The notes: generated from the sequence alone by a model not told the origin. DNA of 64,000 nt from Clostridiales bacterium (GCA_017961235.1 JAGCXQ010000062.1:15052-79051), one strand, 5' to 3'. Shown: positions 54,227-62,660, counted from the stretch's first letter. A program made the numbers and translations.

Positions 54227-56527
54227 TTACTGTTTATTAAAGTAATTATCTGCAGCTTCGCCGAAACAGTACAGAGCTTTGCCGAGATATCTACCGTGTT
54301 CAGACTCCGCAAACTGGGATGCCAGCAGAGCATATGACATCGAGCTGGCCTTTACCGTAAAGCTTTCATCCGTGTTATTTCTCGTCACGGTAAAAGTATG
54401 TGGTACGACCAGATCTTGGGCAATGATATTCTTCACATAGAGTGCATACTTACCCTTACCGATCTTGACCGCCTCTGCCGGCTGACCATCTACAGTAAAG
54501 CTGTAATCACTGATCGGATGTGTATCATCGATCTTAAACGTCAGTCTCAGAGTATTGATGTACTGGAAATCTACATTCAGAGAGGCACCAAGACATCCCT
54601 CGACCTGATTCTCGGTTTTTACTACACCGTATTTATCAATTTTATCCTGCGAATACTCAAAATTATAAATTCCCGGATACCTTCCGAATTCAGTACCGTC
54701 ATCATAGACAAAGAACCTGGTAACAGCCTCGCAGTAACCCTGTAAGTATGCTGCCAGAAGCGTCATCTCATCATAGGGATCAGAGGGATCATAAGCAGAG
54801 ATAACATTTCGGATATACATCGCGACAGAATACCAGCACTCATTATCATCATATGCTGAAGTACCATTCGGGTGCACCAGCAGAACCGGTTCATCATTCT
54901 CATCCACCACTTTGACCGCAATATACTTCCTGTAGTTATAAAGATCTACAGGAACACGGAAATAGAGATTATCCCCCTCCACTGCATCCGGAGAGGAGAT
55001 CGGTGTTTCTTTTATGATCTTACCTGTGTCTGTATCCGTAAATACGACCTTCACATTCTGGCTATTCTCTTTGAGATAATCAGAGAATTCGATGCGGAAC
55101 TGCAACTCGATACCTGCTCCGAATACTACATCACCTGCACAGATCGTCGCTTTGCCGACAGGCTCCCATGCAGCAATTATATAAACTCTACCATCATGTA
55201 CCGGCTCAGAAAAATCGAATCGGCCGATCCTTTCTTTCGTATGGGTATCCGGATCGTAACTATACTCATCCCATCCCAGGAAGATATAGCCTTCCCGAAC
55301 CGGATCTGCAGGACGTGCGATCCTATCTCCCGTAGGAATCAGCAGCTCGGCATCTGTACTACTGAAACCATCACTGATCAGGACATACGTCAACAGCGCT
55401 TTGCAGTAATCACAGTGAGAATCTCCGTCCTCATCTTTATGTTCTTCACACGGAACGAGTTTCAGCCACTTATAATTCACGATATCATCATAATCCGTGC
55501 AAAGAGTCACACCGGTGGCACTTGCTCCGTAACCGTTCGTCACGTATGCTCTGTGCTTCTCCGGCAAACCATATCCGCACGAATATGTCGCTTGGTTGTC
55601 GTCCATATCCGCCTGCATCAATGCTTTGGCATCAACAGAATCCTGGCCTGCCTGCGCGAATACCGTTCCGCCACTGATATCGATCAACACTGTATTAAGG
55701 TGTCTTGATTCGGAAAGCATTCCGCTTCCGATACCGGGACCTCCATCTCCACCGGTAGCAGTAACCTCCCCTCCGAGGATCTGAACCATATTGCAAAGGC
55801 CGCCTCTTCCGCCGCCGATTCCTGCAGCGTAGCTGGCTCCGGTAGCCGTAACTGTTCCTCCGGAGATTCTTACTCCACATGCATTACTGCCATTACCTCC
55901 GCCGATTCCGGCTCCGCCGGCATCTCTAGAATAGGAACTACCAGAAACAGTACCACCTTTAATAATGACAGCATCCGGCTGTTGAGAAGGATCTACATTG
56001 GCACCTGTGCCGATACCTGCACCACCGTTTCCTTTGGCTGTAATGGAGTCTCCGCCACAAATAGTAATAGCACCATTTGCTTGTCCTGCGTCTCCGCCAA
56101 TACCTGCATTTCCCTGACCGACATCATCTATGATCAGGATGATGCCTATCGTGTTAAAAATATCCGAGCCCCTGTATATCGTCAAAGAATTACCTTTATT
56201 GACCGATATACCCTTAAGTGGCTGCAGCGGCATAGTATTTGTCAGAACAAGTTTTACGTCGCCTTCCACCACGATACGGTCGGATATCTTCAGATATTCA
56301 GTATTATCTGCCACATACCATCCGCGGGTAGCACCGGTATCCGTCAATTTCGTAGATTCTTCGGTAATCACTTCGCATGTTCTGGTCTCCGCGGTACCAG
56401 ATCTGCCTTCATGGAAGAAATTAACATTTTTCGTTTGAGATGAAGGATCAGCAAAAACCGAAGCCGGTATGATCCCGATCACTAAAGCAATGCACACAAG
56501 AAGTGCAATGAAACTCTTTTTCCTCAT
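54227..56527 (-). CDS. Secreted Gly-rich beta-helix repeat protein 1 (with Listeria-Bacteroides-type repeat and conserved C-terminal domain)
   Basis: ATG 56527 follows TAGGAGG. Signal peptide ..IGIIPASVFA/D. Repeats NAGIGGDAG, GGAGIGTG, GGAGIGGGNG, AAGIGGGRGG and GGPGIGSG interleaved with GGTVTA-type strands. CEEHKDEDGDSHCDYCKA knuckle. REGYIFLGWDEY (Flg_new-like). No LPXTG or SLH anchor. Confidence 0.8.
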   Translation of the reverse strand: MRKKSFIALLVCIALVIGIIPASVFADPSSQTKNVNFFHEGRSGTAETRTCEVITEESTKLTDTGATRGWYVADNTEYLKISDRIVVEGDVKLVLTNTMPLQPLKGISVNKGNSLTIYRGSDIFNTIGIILIIDDVGQGNAGIGGDAGQANGAITICGGDSITAKGNGGAGIGTGANVDPSQQPDAVIIKGGTVSGSSYSRDAGGAGIGGGNGSNACGVRISGGTVTATGASYAAGIGGGRGGLCNMVQILGGEVTATGGDGGPGIGSGMLSESRHLNTVLIDISGGTVFAQAGQDSVDAKALMQADMDDNQATYSCGYGLPEKHRAYVTNGYGASATGVTLCTDYDDIVNYKWLKLVPCEEHKDEDGDSHCDYCKALLTYVLISDGFSSTDAELLIPTGDRIARPADPVREGYIFLGWDEYSYDPDTHTKERIGRFDFSEPVHDGRVYIIAAWEPVGKATICAGDVVFGAGIELQFRIEFSDYLKENSQNVKVVFTDTDTGKIIKETPISSPDAVEGDNLYFRVPVDLYNYRKYIAVKVVDENDEPVLLVHPNGTSAYDDNECWYSVAMYIRNVISAYDPSDPYDEMTLLAAYLQGYCEAVTRFFVYDDGTEFGRYPGIYNFEYSQDKIDKYGVVKTENQVEGCLGASLNVDFQYINTLRLTFKIDDTHPISDYSFTVDGQPAEAVKIGKGKYALYVKNIIAQDLVVPHTFTVTRNNTDESFTVKASSMSYALLASQFAESEHGRYLGKALYCFGEAADNYFNKQ

Positions 56528-56603
56528 CTTCAGAAACCTCCTAAACCCCCAAGGATACAATTATTCATAATGCTATTTTAATGTATCCTCAGATCAAAGT
56601 CCA
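56528..56603 (-). promoter_or_regulatory. Conserved upstream module of beta-helix gene 1 (TGGACTTT-N19-ATAGCATTATGA, then TTAGGAGGTTTC RBS)
   Basis: Both motifs, the 19-nt spacing and the distance to the ATG (37 vs 38 nt) match the module at 59561-59637. Confidence 0.45.
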
Positions 56604-56641
56604 CAAATCTGCAAAATCTTTTTACTTTCGTAACCGGGCAG

Positions 56642-56678
56642 CAAAAAAAAAGATACAGGCTGTCAGAAACCTGTATCT
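56642..56678 (-). terminator. Rho-independent terminator ending module 2
   Basis: AGATACAGG (56651-56659) pairs with CCTGTATCT (56670-56678), followed by a run of 9 U on the minus strand. The stop codon of 56663-57196 lies in the loop. Confidence 0.8.
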
Positions 56679-57196
56679 TCTTCTCCTGCCATATCACCGG
56701 TATAAAGAGTCTGTTTTTTCGTTTCGTCCGGATGGTTCTCTGATGGTTTCGTCGGATCCGTTTTTCCCGGGGTCTTATCTGTACTCGAACCGGGGCCCGG
56801 ACGGCTTTCTTTTCCGGGCTCTGTGTTCGACGGCTGCCCATCATCAATCACATATTCTCCCGGCTCCGTTTCTTTGTCAGCGGACGTTTTTCCATCTGTA
56901 GAGGTCCCTTCCTGCTGCTGATCCGAAACAGAAATGTCTTGGGATACATCCGTCTCCATAGAGGTTTCAGTTGAAGGAAAAACTGTACCGCTTTGTTGTC
57001 CGGCATCATTGTTCTGTCCTTCAATCTTCTTCGGATCATCATTCAAGTTAAGCTCAGCTGTACCCCCGGAAATGACTTGTGATGTCTGAACCACATCTGT
57101 GTTCTTTTTTCCTGCTTTTCTTATCCACAAATAGCATAGAACCGAAACCAGGATAAGCAGACATACCGAAACTGCGATAATGACTTTTTTCTTCAT
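56663..57196 (-). CDS. Single-pass membrane-anchored, intrinsically disordered protein
   Basis: ATG 57196 follows GGAGAA. MKKKVIIAVSVCLLILVSVLCYLWIRKAGKK, then a low-complexity S/T/D/G/P/Q region. The C-terminus TPGKTDPTKPSENHPDETKKQTLYTGDMAGEEDTGF parallels 53037-53531. Confidence 0.6.
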   Translation of the reverse strand: MKKKVIIAVSVCLLILVSVLCYLWIRKAGKKNTDVVQTSQVISGGTAELNLNDDPKKIEGQNNDAGQQSGTVFPSTETSMETDVSQDISVSDQQQEGTSTDGKTSADKETEPGEYVIDDGQPSNTEPGKESRPGPGSSTDKTPGKTDPTKPSENHPDETKKQTLYTGDMAGEEDTGF

Positions 57197-57230
57197 CCGC
57201 TTCTCCATATTAGATATCTGCTAGCATCTG

Positions 57231-57353
57231 TCAGATACCATGTTCGTTTCCGCCATTGCCATGACCAGGATCATCATCATACGAGTCCGTAATGATATCC
57301 ATATTCTCAAAAATGATCAATTCAATTTTTAAAGGCTGATATTCGTTTTTCAT
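57231..57353 (-). CDS. Small acidic ORF P2 (40 aa), not in ORF track
   Basis: Translation MKNEYQPLKIELIIFENMDIITDSYDDDPGHGNGGNEHGI. Its ATG overlaps the TGA of the upstream large gene (CAATGAAA), which implies translational coupling. The core is shared with P1. Confidence 0.5.
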   Translation of the reverse strand: MKNEYQPLKIELIIFENMDIITDSYDDDPGHGNGGNEHGI

Positions 57354-59560
57354 TGACTTGCTCCATCTCTCTTTTCAAAATATGCAATTGCATTTTTATT
57401 GTAGTAGTACATGCCTTTACCAAGCGCCATGTAGTAATCATCCCCGGTCTTTATGGATGTATATCCATAAGAAAGGCCGCTGGCTTTGATCGTGTATTCC
57501 TCTCCGCCTTTCTTCGCTATAGTGAAATTATACACATACGACAGATTCACGGCAGAAATATTACCTACTTCGATTGCATAGCCTCCTGTTGTGGTTTTGA
57601 TCGCTCTGACTTTTTGTCCGTCAAGTTTGAATTCATAATCACCCGGATTCACACCCTCTTTAAAATAGAAAGTAACGCGCAGTGTATGAACATCTTCAAA
57701 ATACATACGAAGAGTGATCCTGCTTATATCCTCCGGACGCGTTCCTTCAAATACAGGAGCATATGGATCCAGATCCGAATCGCCGATTCCTTCTCCCACG
57801 GTCAACTGAGCATACTGCGAATATTCATAACCATATATCACATCATGTGCCGTCATTGAGTAGAGGCTAAATGCGTGAGCAAGATTCTTCATTTCGATCG
57901 TCTTATATGTAAAATTATAGACGTTGCCTGCATATCTTGCCGGACTATATTCGAAACCGGAATTCGTATAATCCACATCATTCCCGGAGTGTAAAGATAC
58001 TTTATTGCCCTGTCCATCGTAAACATTCATGACAGTGACTATGGCAGCATCTGTGATATTAAACGGATAGAGGATCTGAGTATTGTAGGGATATACCGGT
58101 AGAGAACCTTCTCCTACAGTGGTCCCGTCTTTAATATATACCTTTAAGAGTTCAACTCCGGTATTCTTCGATACAAATGATACATAAGCTCCTTCATCAT
58201 CGAGCAGTCTCTTCGAGAAAGAGAACGTGTAACGAAGAGAAAGTTTTCCCTCGAAAATCACTGTCGCCGATCGCAGGATCGCATCTGCACCATATCCGCA
58301 TTCTTTACATACATTCTTTCCGGATTCGTAGGAATGATTTTCCCAGACAAATTCAGTACGGCATTCCGGACAAGATCTAAGATGCTGCTGGGAAGTGCAC
58401 TCAAAAGTGGAATTCGTATGCTTGCATACATTCATCGAGACATACGGTTGATCAAGACATTCCCTTACGTCTTTTGTAAAATGCTGCCCGACAATACCGT
58501 TGTCTTCTTCGTGGACCTGGATCGAAACACCCGGATCGATTGAAATTGAACTATCTGAGATCTTAGATGAATCATCCGAAGCACTGCATATCAGCGAGCT
58601 ACCCAACACGGATACTGCTGTGATTTGAGCTCCACGGATCGATATACGGCATTTTGAGTAATCCGGATTCGGGCATCCATATCCATTTCCAATAGCAGCA
58701 CCTTTCGCTTCAGCTTCATTATTACCGGGAGGAGCAATTGCTGTGACAGAACCTCCGGAAATGGAAATAACACCACACTGTCCGCCGGCACCGCCACCGA
58801 TAGCTGCAGCATCCAATCCGGACGGATATGCACCAATAGTATTACAATCGATCATGTATATATCCGGGGAATCCGCATGGAAGCCACCACCGATACTTGC
58901 GGCACTATAGCCACCGATACATGTAAAACCTGAACGACAGAGAATAATAGAACCTGCTCCCGATGCAGAAAGATATGGATCTGATTCACTTACTGCTGCT
59001 TCATTTCCACAGCCGCCGGTTCCAATCGCTGGAGCGCCATATCCACCATAAACAGTTCCGGAAACACCAACAATCGTAATAGGACCATTCACTTCACCCT
59101 GATTGCCGCCGATTCCCGCACACTGGTTCGGAATCGGATTCCATGCACCAAAACTCGGAGTACTTGAACAATTATTGAATATCGAGGAATATACTTTCAA
59201 GGAACTTGTACTCGGAACATAAAAACCTCCAGTAGCAGCTAGAGTAGATGCCCCATATATTTCAGTATCATCGGAAAACGAATTGACAAACTCATCCAGA
59301 ATGATCGTGACATCACCTTTGATAGTCATTCGCTGGTTGTAATGAATATAACCACGAGCAACATAGGTTCCTTCGGTAAACTCTGTTTCCTTACCCGTAA
59401 GGAACGTATAATCGGTTGTATGCTTCGTAGAACCATTTTCATTTACGTAGGAAATTTCCGGCATCGCCACATCAGCCATAACTGACATAGGAATGATACC
59501 GCACATCAGCGCAACACTGATCAGCAATGCGCAAATCTTTCTGAAGCTTTTCTTTTGCAT
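57350..59560 (-). CDS. Secreted Gly-rich beta-helix repeat protein 2 (paralog of 54227-56527)
   Basis: ATG 59560 follows TTAGGAGGG. The track's longer start would run through the fprA terminator. Signal peptide ..CGIIPMSVMA/D. CAGIGGNQG, APAIGTGG, AASIGGGF, AAAIGGGAGG and GAAIGNGYG repeats. Cys knuckles CPECRTEF..CKECG. The C-terminal domain is homologous to protein 1. Confidence 0.8.
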   Translation of the reverse strand: MQKKSFRKICALLISVALMCGIIPMSVMADVAMPEISYVNENGSTKHTTDYTFLTGKETEFTEGTYVARGYIHYNQRMTIKGDVTIILDEFVNSFSDDTEIYGASTLAATGGFYVPSTSSLKVYSSIFNNCSSTPSFGAWNPIPNQCAGIGGNQGEVNGPITIVGVSGTVYGGYGAPAIGTGGCGNEAAVSESDPYLSASGAGSIILCRSGFTCIGGYSAASIGGGFHADSPDIYMIDCNTIGAYPSGLDAAAIGGGAGGQCGVISISGGSVTAIAPPGNNEAEAKGAAIGNGYGCPNPDYSKCRISIRGAQITAVSVLGSSLICSASDDSSKISDSSISIDPGVSIQVHEEDNGIVGQHFTKDVRECLDQPYVSMNVCKHTNSTFECTSQQHLRSCPECRTEFVWENHSYESGKNVCKECGYGADAILRSATVIFEGKLSLRYTFSFSKRLLDDEGAYVSFVSKNTGVELLKVYIKDGTTVGEGSLPVYPYNTQILYPFNITDAAIVTVMNVYDGQGNKVSLHSGNDVDYTNSGFEYSPARYAGNVYNFTYKTIEMKNLAHAFSLYSMTAHDVIYGYEYSQYAQLTVGEGIGDSDLDPYAPVFEGTRPEDISRITLRMYFEDVHTLRVTFYFKEGVNPGDYEFKLDGQKVRAIKTTTGGYAIEVGNISAVNLSYVYNFTIAKKGGEEYTIKASGLSYGYTSIKTGDDYYMALGKGMYYYNKNAIAYFEKRDGASQ

Positions 59561-59637
59561 GATGAGAAACCCTCCTAATAACCCAATACCAAAACTTCTC
59601 ATAATGCTATTGTATTTCATATATAGGGTAAAGTCCA
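59561..59637 (-). promoter_or_regulatory. Conserved upstream module of beta-helix gene 2 (TGGACTTT-N19-ATAGCATTATGA, then TTAGGAGGGTTTC RBS)
   Basis: Complement of 59630-59637 reads TGGACTTT and complement of 59600-59611 reads ATAGCATTATGA. The spacing is identical to the copy at 56528-56603. Confidence 0.45.
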
Positions 59638-59663
59638 TGATAAACCTTAAACATTTTCTACAT

Positions 59664-59696
59664 AAAAAGAACAGGCCGTGAAAGCCTGTTCTTTTC
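59664..59696 (-). terminator. Rho-independent terminator downstream of the flavodiiron gene
   Basis: AAGAACAGGC (59667-59676) pairs with GCCTGTTCTT (59684-59693), followed by UUUUUA on the minus strand. Confidence 0.75.
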
Positions 59697-59728
59697 AACA
59701 ATTAATCCGAGTATAACCGGACTGCTTA

Positions 59729-61522
59729 TCACCCGATCGGCTCGAAGTCGGCAGCGCCGTGCTTACAGAGCGGGCATACGATGTCATCCGGGAGTTCATC
59801 TCCTTCATAGACATATCCGCAGACCTTGCAGACATAGCCCTTCTTCCCTTCCGTCTCCGGCTTCGGCTTGACGTTCTTCTGGTAGTAAGTGTATGTCATG
59901 GTCTCCTTATCGCTTAAGACACGAGCCTCCGTCACCGAGCAGATGAACATGCCGTGGGTGTCAAGATCAACATAATCTTCGACCTTGAGGGACATGAAGG
60001 AGTTGATATACTTCGGCAGGAACACCAGCCCGTTATCCGCGCGGAGGATATTCTCGCAGTCCGCAAACTTATCGACATTTCTTCCGCTCTGGAAACCGAA
60101 GTTCTCGAACACCTTAAACGGAGCTTCGACAGACAGGCAGTTTACATTCATGACACCGGTCTGCTTAATGACATGATGCGAGTAGTTCTGCTTGTTGATC
60201 GTAACCGCAATACGGTTCGGTGTATTCGTCACCTGAGTAACGGTATTTACGATAAGGCCGTTGTCTTTCTTGCCGTCATTGGAGGTAACGACATAAAGGC
60301 CATAACCGATGTTAAAGAGAGCAGTCAGATCGTTCTTATTCGCAGTATCTTCCTTCTGCGCGAGATAGTCCTGGCAGAGTTCTTTTGCCAGAGCATCGAC
60401 CTGGGCCTTCGACTCATCATTTAATGCCGACATGATCTTGACGTTATTCTCTGTGTAGGTGATGTTCTTGCTCTTTTCGAGCATCGCCTTCATGGTGCGG
60501 ATCGCCTGCGGCGCCCAGGAACCGTTCTCGATCATGGCGACGGTCTTGTTCTGGAACTGGCGCTCGGTCAGGTGATGGATGAATTCTCTCATGAACGGGA
60601 ATACATCCGCGTTATAGGTCGTGGTCGCAAGTACGATACGTCCATAACGGAAAGCATCCTCGACGCACTCGGCCATGTCTTCTCTTGCCAGGTCATTCAC
60701 AACGACCTTCGGGCATCCGTTCTCCTTGAGCTTATTGGCCAGAAGCTCGACTGCTGCCTTGGTGTGGCCATAGACGGATGTGTAGAAGATCGCGATGCCG
60801 TCTGTCTCCACACCATAAGAAGACCATGTGTCATAGAGCTTGAGATACGGGGAAAGATCTCCGGTCAGGACAGGTCCGTGCAGCGGGCAGATCGTCTTGA
60901 TCTCAAGTCCTGCCGCCTTCTTCAGAACAGTCTGTACCTGCGCGCCGTATTTTCCGACGATGCCGATATAGTAGCGGCGGGCTTCACATGCCCAGTCCTC
61001 TTCGACATCGAGCGCGCCGAATTTACCAAATCCGTCCGCACTGAAAAGCACTTTATCAAAAGTATCGTACGTCATGAGCACTTCCGGCCAGTGTACCATC
61101 GGTGCACCGACAAACTTCAGGACGTGCTTGCCGAGCGGAAGCTCATCGCCCTCGCCAACAACGATGCGGCGGTCTTCGAACTCCGTACCGAAGAAATTCT
61201 TCATCATCGTGAATGCCTTCTGGGAAGACACGATCTCCGCATTCGGATAGTTCTTCATGAAGTTCACGATATTCGCGGAGTGATCCGGCTCCATATGCTG
61301 GACCACGAGGTAATCCGGAGCCTTACCGGCCAGTGCTTTTTCCAGATTATCGAGCCACTCATGAGTGAAATTCTTATCAACGGTATCCATAACTGCGACC
61401 TTATAATCCGAGATCACATACGAGTTATACGCCATACCGTTCGGCACCACATACTGGCCCTCGAAAAGGTCGATATTATGGTCATTTACGCCTACATACT
61501 TAATGTCATTACTGATAAACAT
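59729..61522 (-). CDS. Multidomain flavodiiron protein: metallo-beta-lactamase-like diiron + flavodoxin + flavin-reductase-like + rubredoxin
   Basis: H-x-E-x-D-H (QHMEPDHS) diiron motif. Flavodoxin-like IAIFYTSVYGHTK. Flavin_Reduct-like segment LYVVTSNDGKKDNGLIVNTVTQV. C-terminal [20 protein letters not shown] rubredoxin. Confidence 0.9.
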   Translation of the reverse strand: MFISNDIKYVGVNDHNIDLFEGQYVVPNGMAYNSYVISDYKVAVMDTVDKNFTHEWLDNLEKALAGKAPDYLVVQHMEPDHSANIVNFMKNYPNAEIVSSQKAFTMMKNFFGTEFEDRRIVVGEGDELPLGKHVLKFVGAPMVHWPEVLMTYDTFDKVLFSADGFGKFGALDVEEDWACEARRYYIGIVGKYGAQVQTVLKKAAGLEIKTICPLHGPVLTGDLSPYLKLYDTWSSYGVETDGIAIFYTSVYGHTKAAVELLANKLKENGCPKVVVNDLAREDMAECVEDAFRYGRIVLATTTYNADVFPFMREFIHHLTERQFQNKTVAMIENGSWAPQAIRTMKAMLEKSKNITYTENNVKIMSALNDESKAQVDALAKELCQDYLAQKEDTANKNDLTALFNIGYGLYVVTSNDGKKDNGLIVNTVTQVTNTPNRIAVTINKQNYSHHVIKQTGVMNVNCLSVEAPFKVFENFGFQSGRNVDKFADCENILRADNGLVFLPKYINSFMSLKVEDYVDLDTHGMFICSVTEARVLSDKETMTYTYYQKNVKPKPETEGKKGYVCKVCGYVYEGDELPDDIVCPLCKHGAADFEPIG

Positions 61523-61544
61523 AAGTGCTTCCCTTTCTTAACTA

Positions 61545-61580
61545 AAGAACGGGCGTCCGCATCTCTTCTGCGGACGCCCC
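61545..61580 (-). terminator. Hairpin between rubrerythrin and flavodiiron genes (partial terminator or attenuator)
   Basis: GGGCGTCCGCA (61551-61561) pairs with TGCGGACGCCC (69-79 of the same 61500 block), followed by GUUCUUUAGUU. The U-tract is weak. Confidence 0.5.
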
Positions 61581-61625
61581 TCATGCTTCTTTCTAGGTAG
61601 CGCCCTCTCCGGCGCCTTCGTAGAA

Positions 61626-62213
61626 TCAACCGAAGTATCTGTCGAGAAGGCCCTTCAGTGCTTTTCCGTGACGAGCCTCATCTCTTGCCATCTCATGAAC
61701 AGTGTCATGGATCGCATCGAGATTATTCTTCTTCGCGCAGGTTGCGAGCTCTGTCTTACCTGCTGTTGCGCCGAACTCGCAGTCCACACGCCACTTGAGG
61801 TTCTCCTTGGTGGATGCCTTCATGTTTGCTTCGAGATCAGATCCGAGAAGTTCAGCAAACTTTGCCGCATGCTCTGCCTCTTCAAATGCAGCCTTCTCCC
61901 AGTAAAGACCGATCTCCGGATAGCCCTCACGGTAAGCGATACGAGCCATGCAGAGATACATGCCGACCTCGGAACACTCACCGGTGAAGTTTGCCTTCAG
62001 CTGGTCGAAGATGTACTTCTTATCCTCCTCAGAAATATCAGGATTATTCTTCACAGTCTCTGCATATACGCCGAACTTATGCTCAGCAGCGAGACCCATG
62101 TCTTCTTCCATCTTCTTAAATGCAGCCTTCTTTGCCTTACATACCGGGCACTCATCCGGTGCATCAGGTCCTTCATAAACGTAACCACATACAGAACATA
62201 CAAACTTTGTCAT
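61626..62213 (-). CDS. rbr: Reverse rubrerythrin (N-terminal rubredoxin domain + ferritin-like diiron domain)
   Basis: ATG 62213 follows [30 protein letters not shown], then E-x-x-H pairs ([21 protein letters not shown]). Confidence 0.9.
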   Translation of the reverse strand: MTKFVCSVCGYVYEGPDAPDECPVCKAKKAAFKKMEEDMGLAAEHKFGVYAETVKNNPDISEEDKKYIFDQLKANFTGECSEVGMYLCMARIAYREGYPEIGLYWEKAAFEEAEHAAKFAELLGSDLEANMKASTKENLKWRVDCEFGATAGKTELATCAKKNNLDAIHDTVHEMARDEARHGKALKGLLDRYFG

Positions 62214-62261
62214 ACTCAATTTCTCCTTGTCTGATTTGATTTGAAAAGCACTCCCCGCGTC

Positions 62262-62660
62262 TTATGCGCCGCGCTCTTCATCTTCTTTACTGCACTCCGG
62301 GCACAGTCCGTCGAACTGGAGCGAATATCCTAAGATCGTATAGCCGGAAGTATCAGAAAGCATATCGGCGAGGTCCTTGACCGGCATCACGACATCCGCG
62401 ACGCGCCCGCATTCACTGCAGTGCACGTGATAGTGCGGGAAGGTCTGGTGGTCGAAGTGATCCGCGCCGTTGTTGATACGGATGCGGAGAGCTTCGCCGG
62501 AATCGGCAAGCTTATTCAGAATACGATAGACAGTCGCACGCGAGATCGACGGATAGGTACTCTGCACTTCCGCAACAACTTCATCGGCGGTAGGGTGATT
62601 GCACATACGGATCAAAGTCTCGTGAACGATTCTTTTCTGAAGCGTATTTCTTTCCTGCAT
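62262..62660 (-). CDS. Fur-family metalloregulator, PerR-like
   Basis: ATG 62660 follows AGGAG. Winged helix QKRIVHETLIRMCNHPTADEV..ISRATVYRILNKL. HFDHQ..HYHVHCSECG...CPEC are Fur/PerR metal sites. The gene heads the rubrerythrin/FDP operon. Confidence 0.85.
   Translation of the reverse strand: MQERNTLQKRIVHETLIRMCNHPTADEVVAEVQSTYPSISRATVYRILNKLADSGEALRIRINNGADHFDHQTFPHYHVHCSECGRVADVVMPVKDLADMLSDTSGYTILGYSLQFDGLCPECSKEDEERGA

Noticed and set aside
59561-59701. Longer N-terminus for beta-helix protein 2 (track start 59701) and likewise for protein 1 (56560)
   Set aside because: The extension of protein 2 would include the fprA terminator hairpin (59667-59693). In both genes the internal ATG follows a strong TTAGGAGG RBS and yields a canonical signal peptide (MQKKSF.. 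and MRKKSF..).
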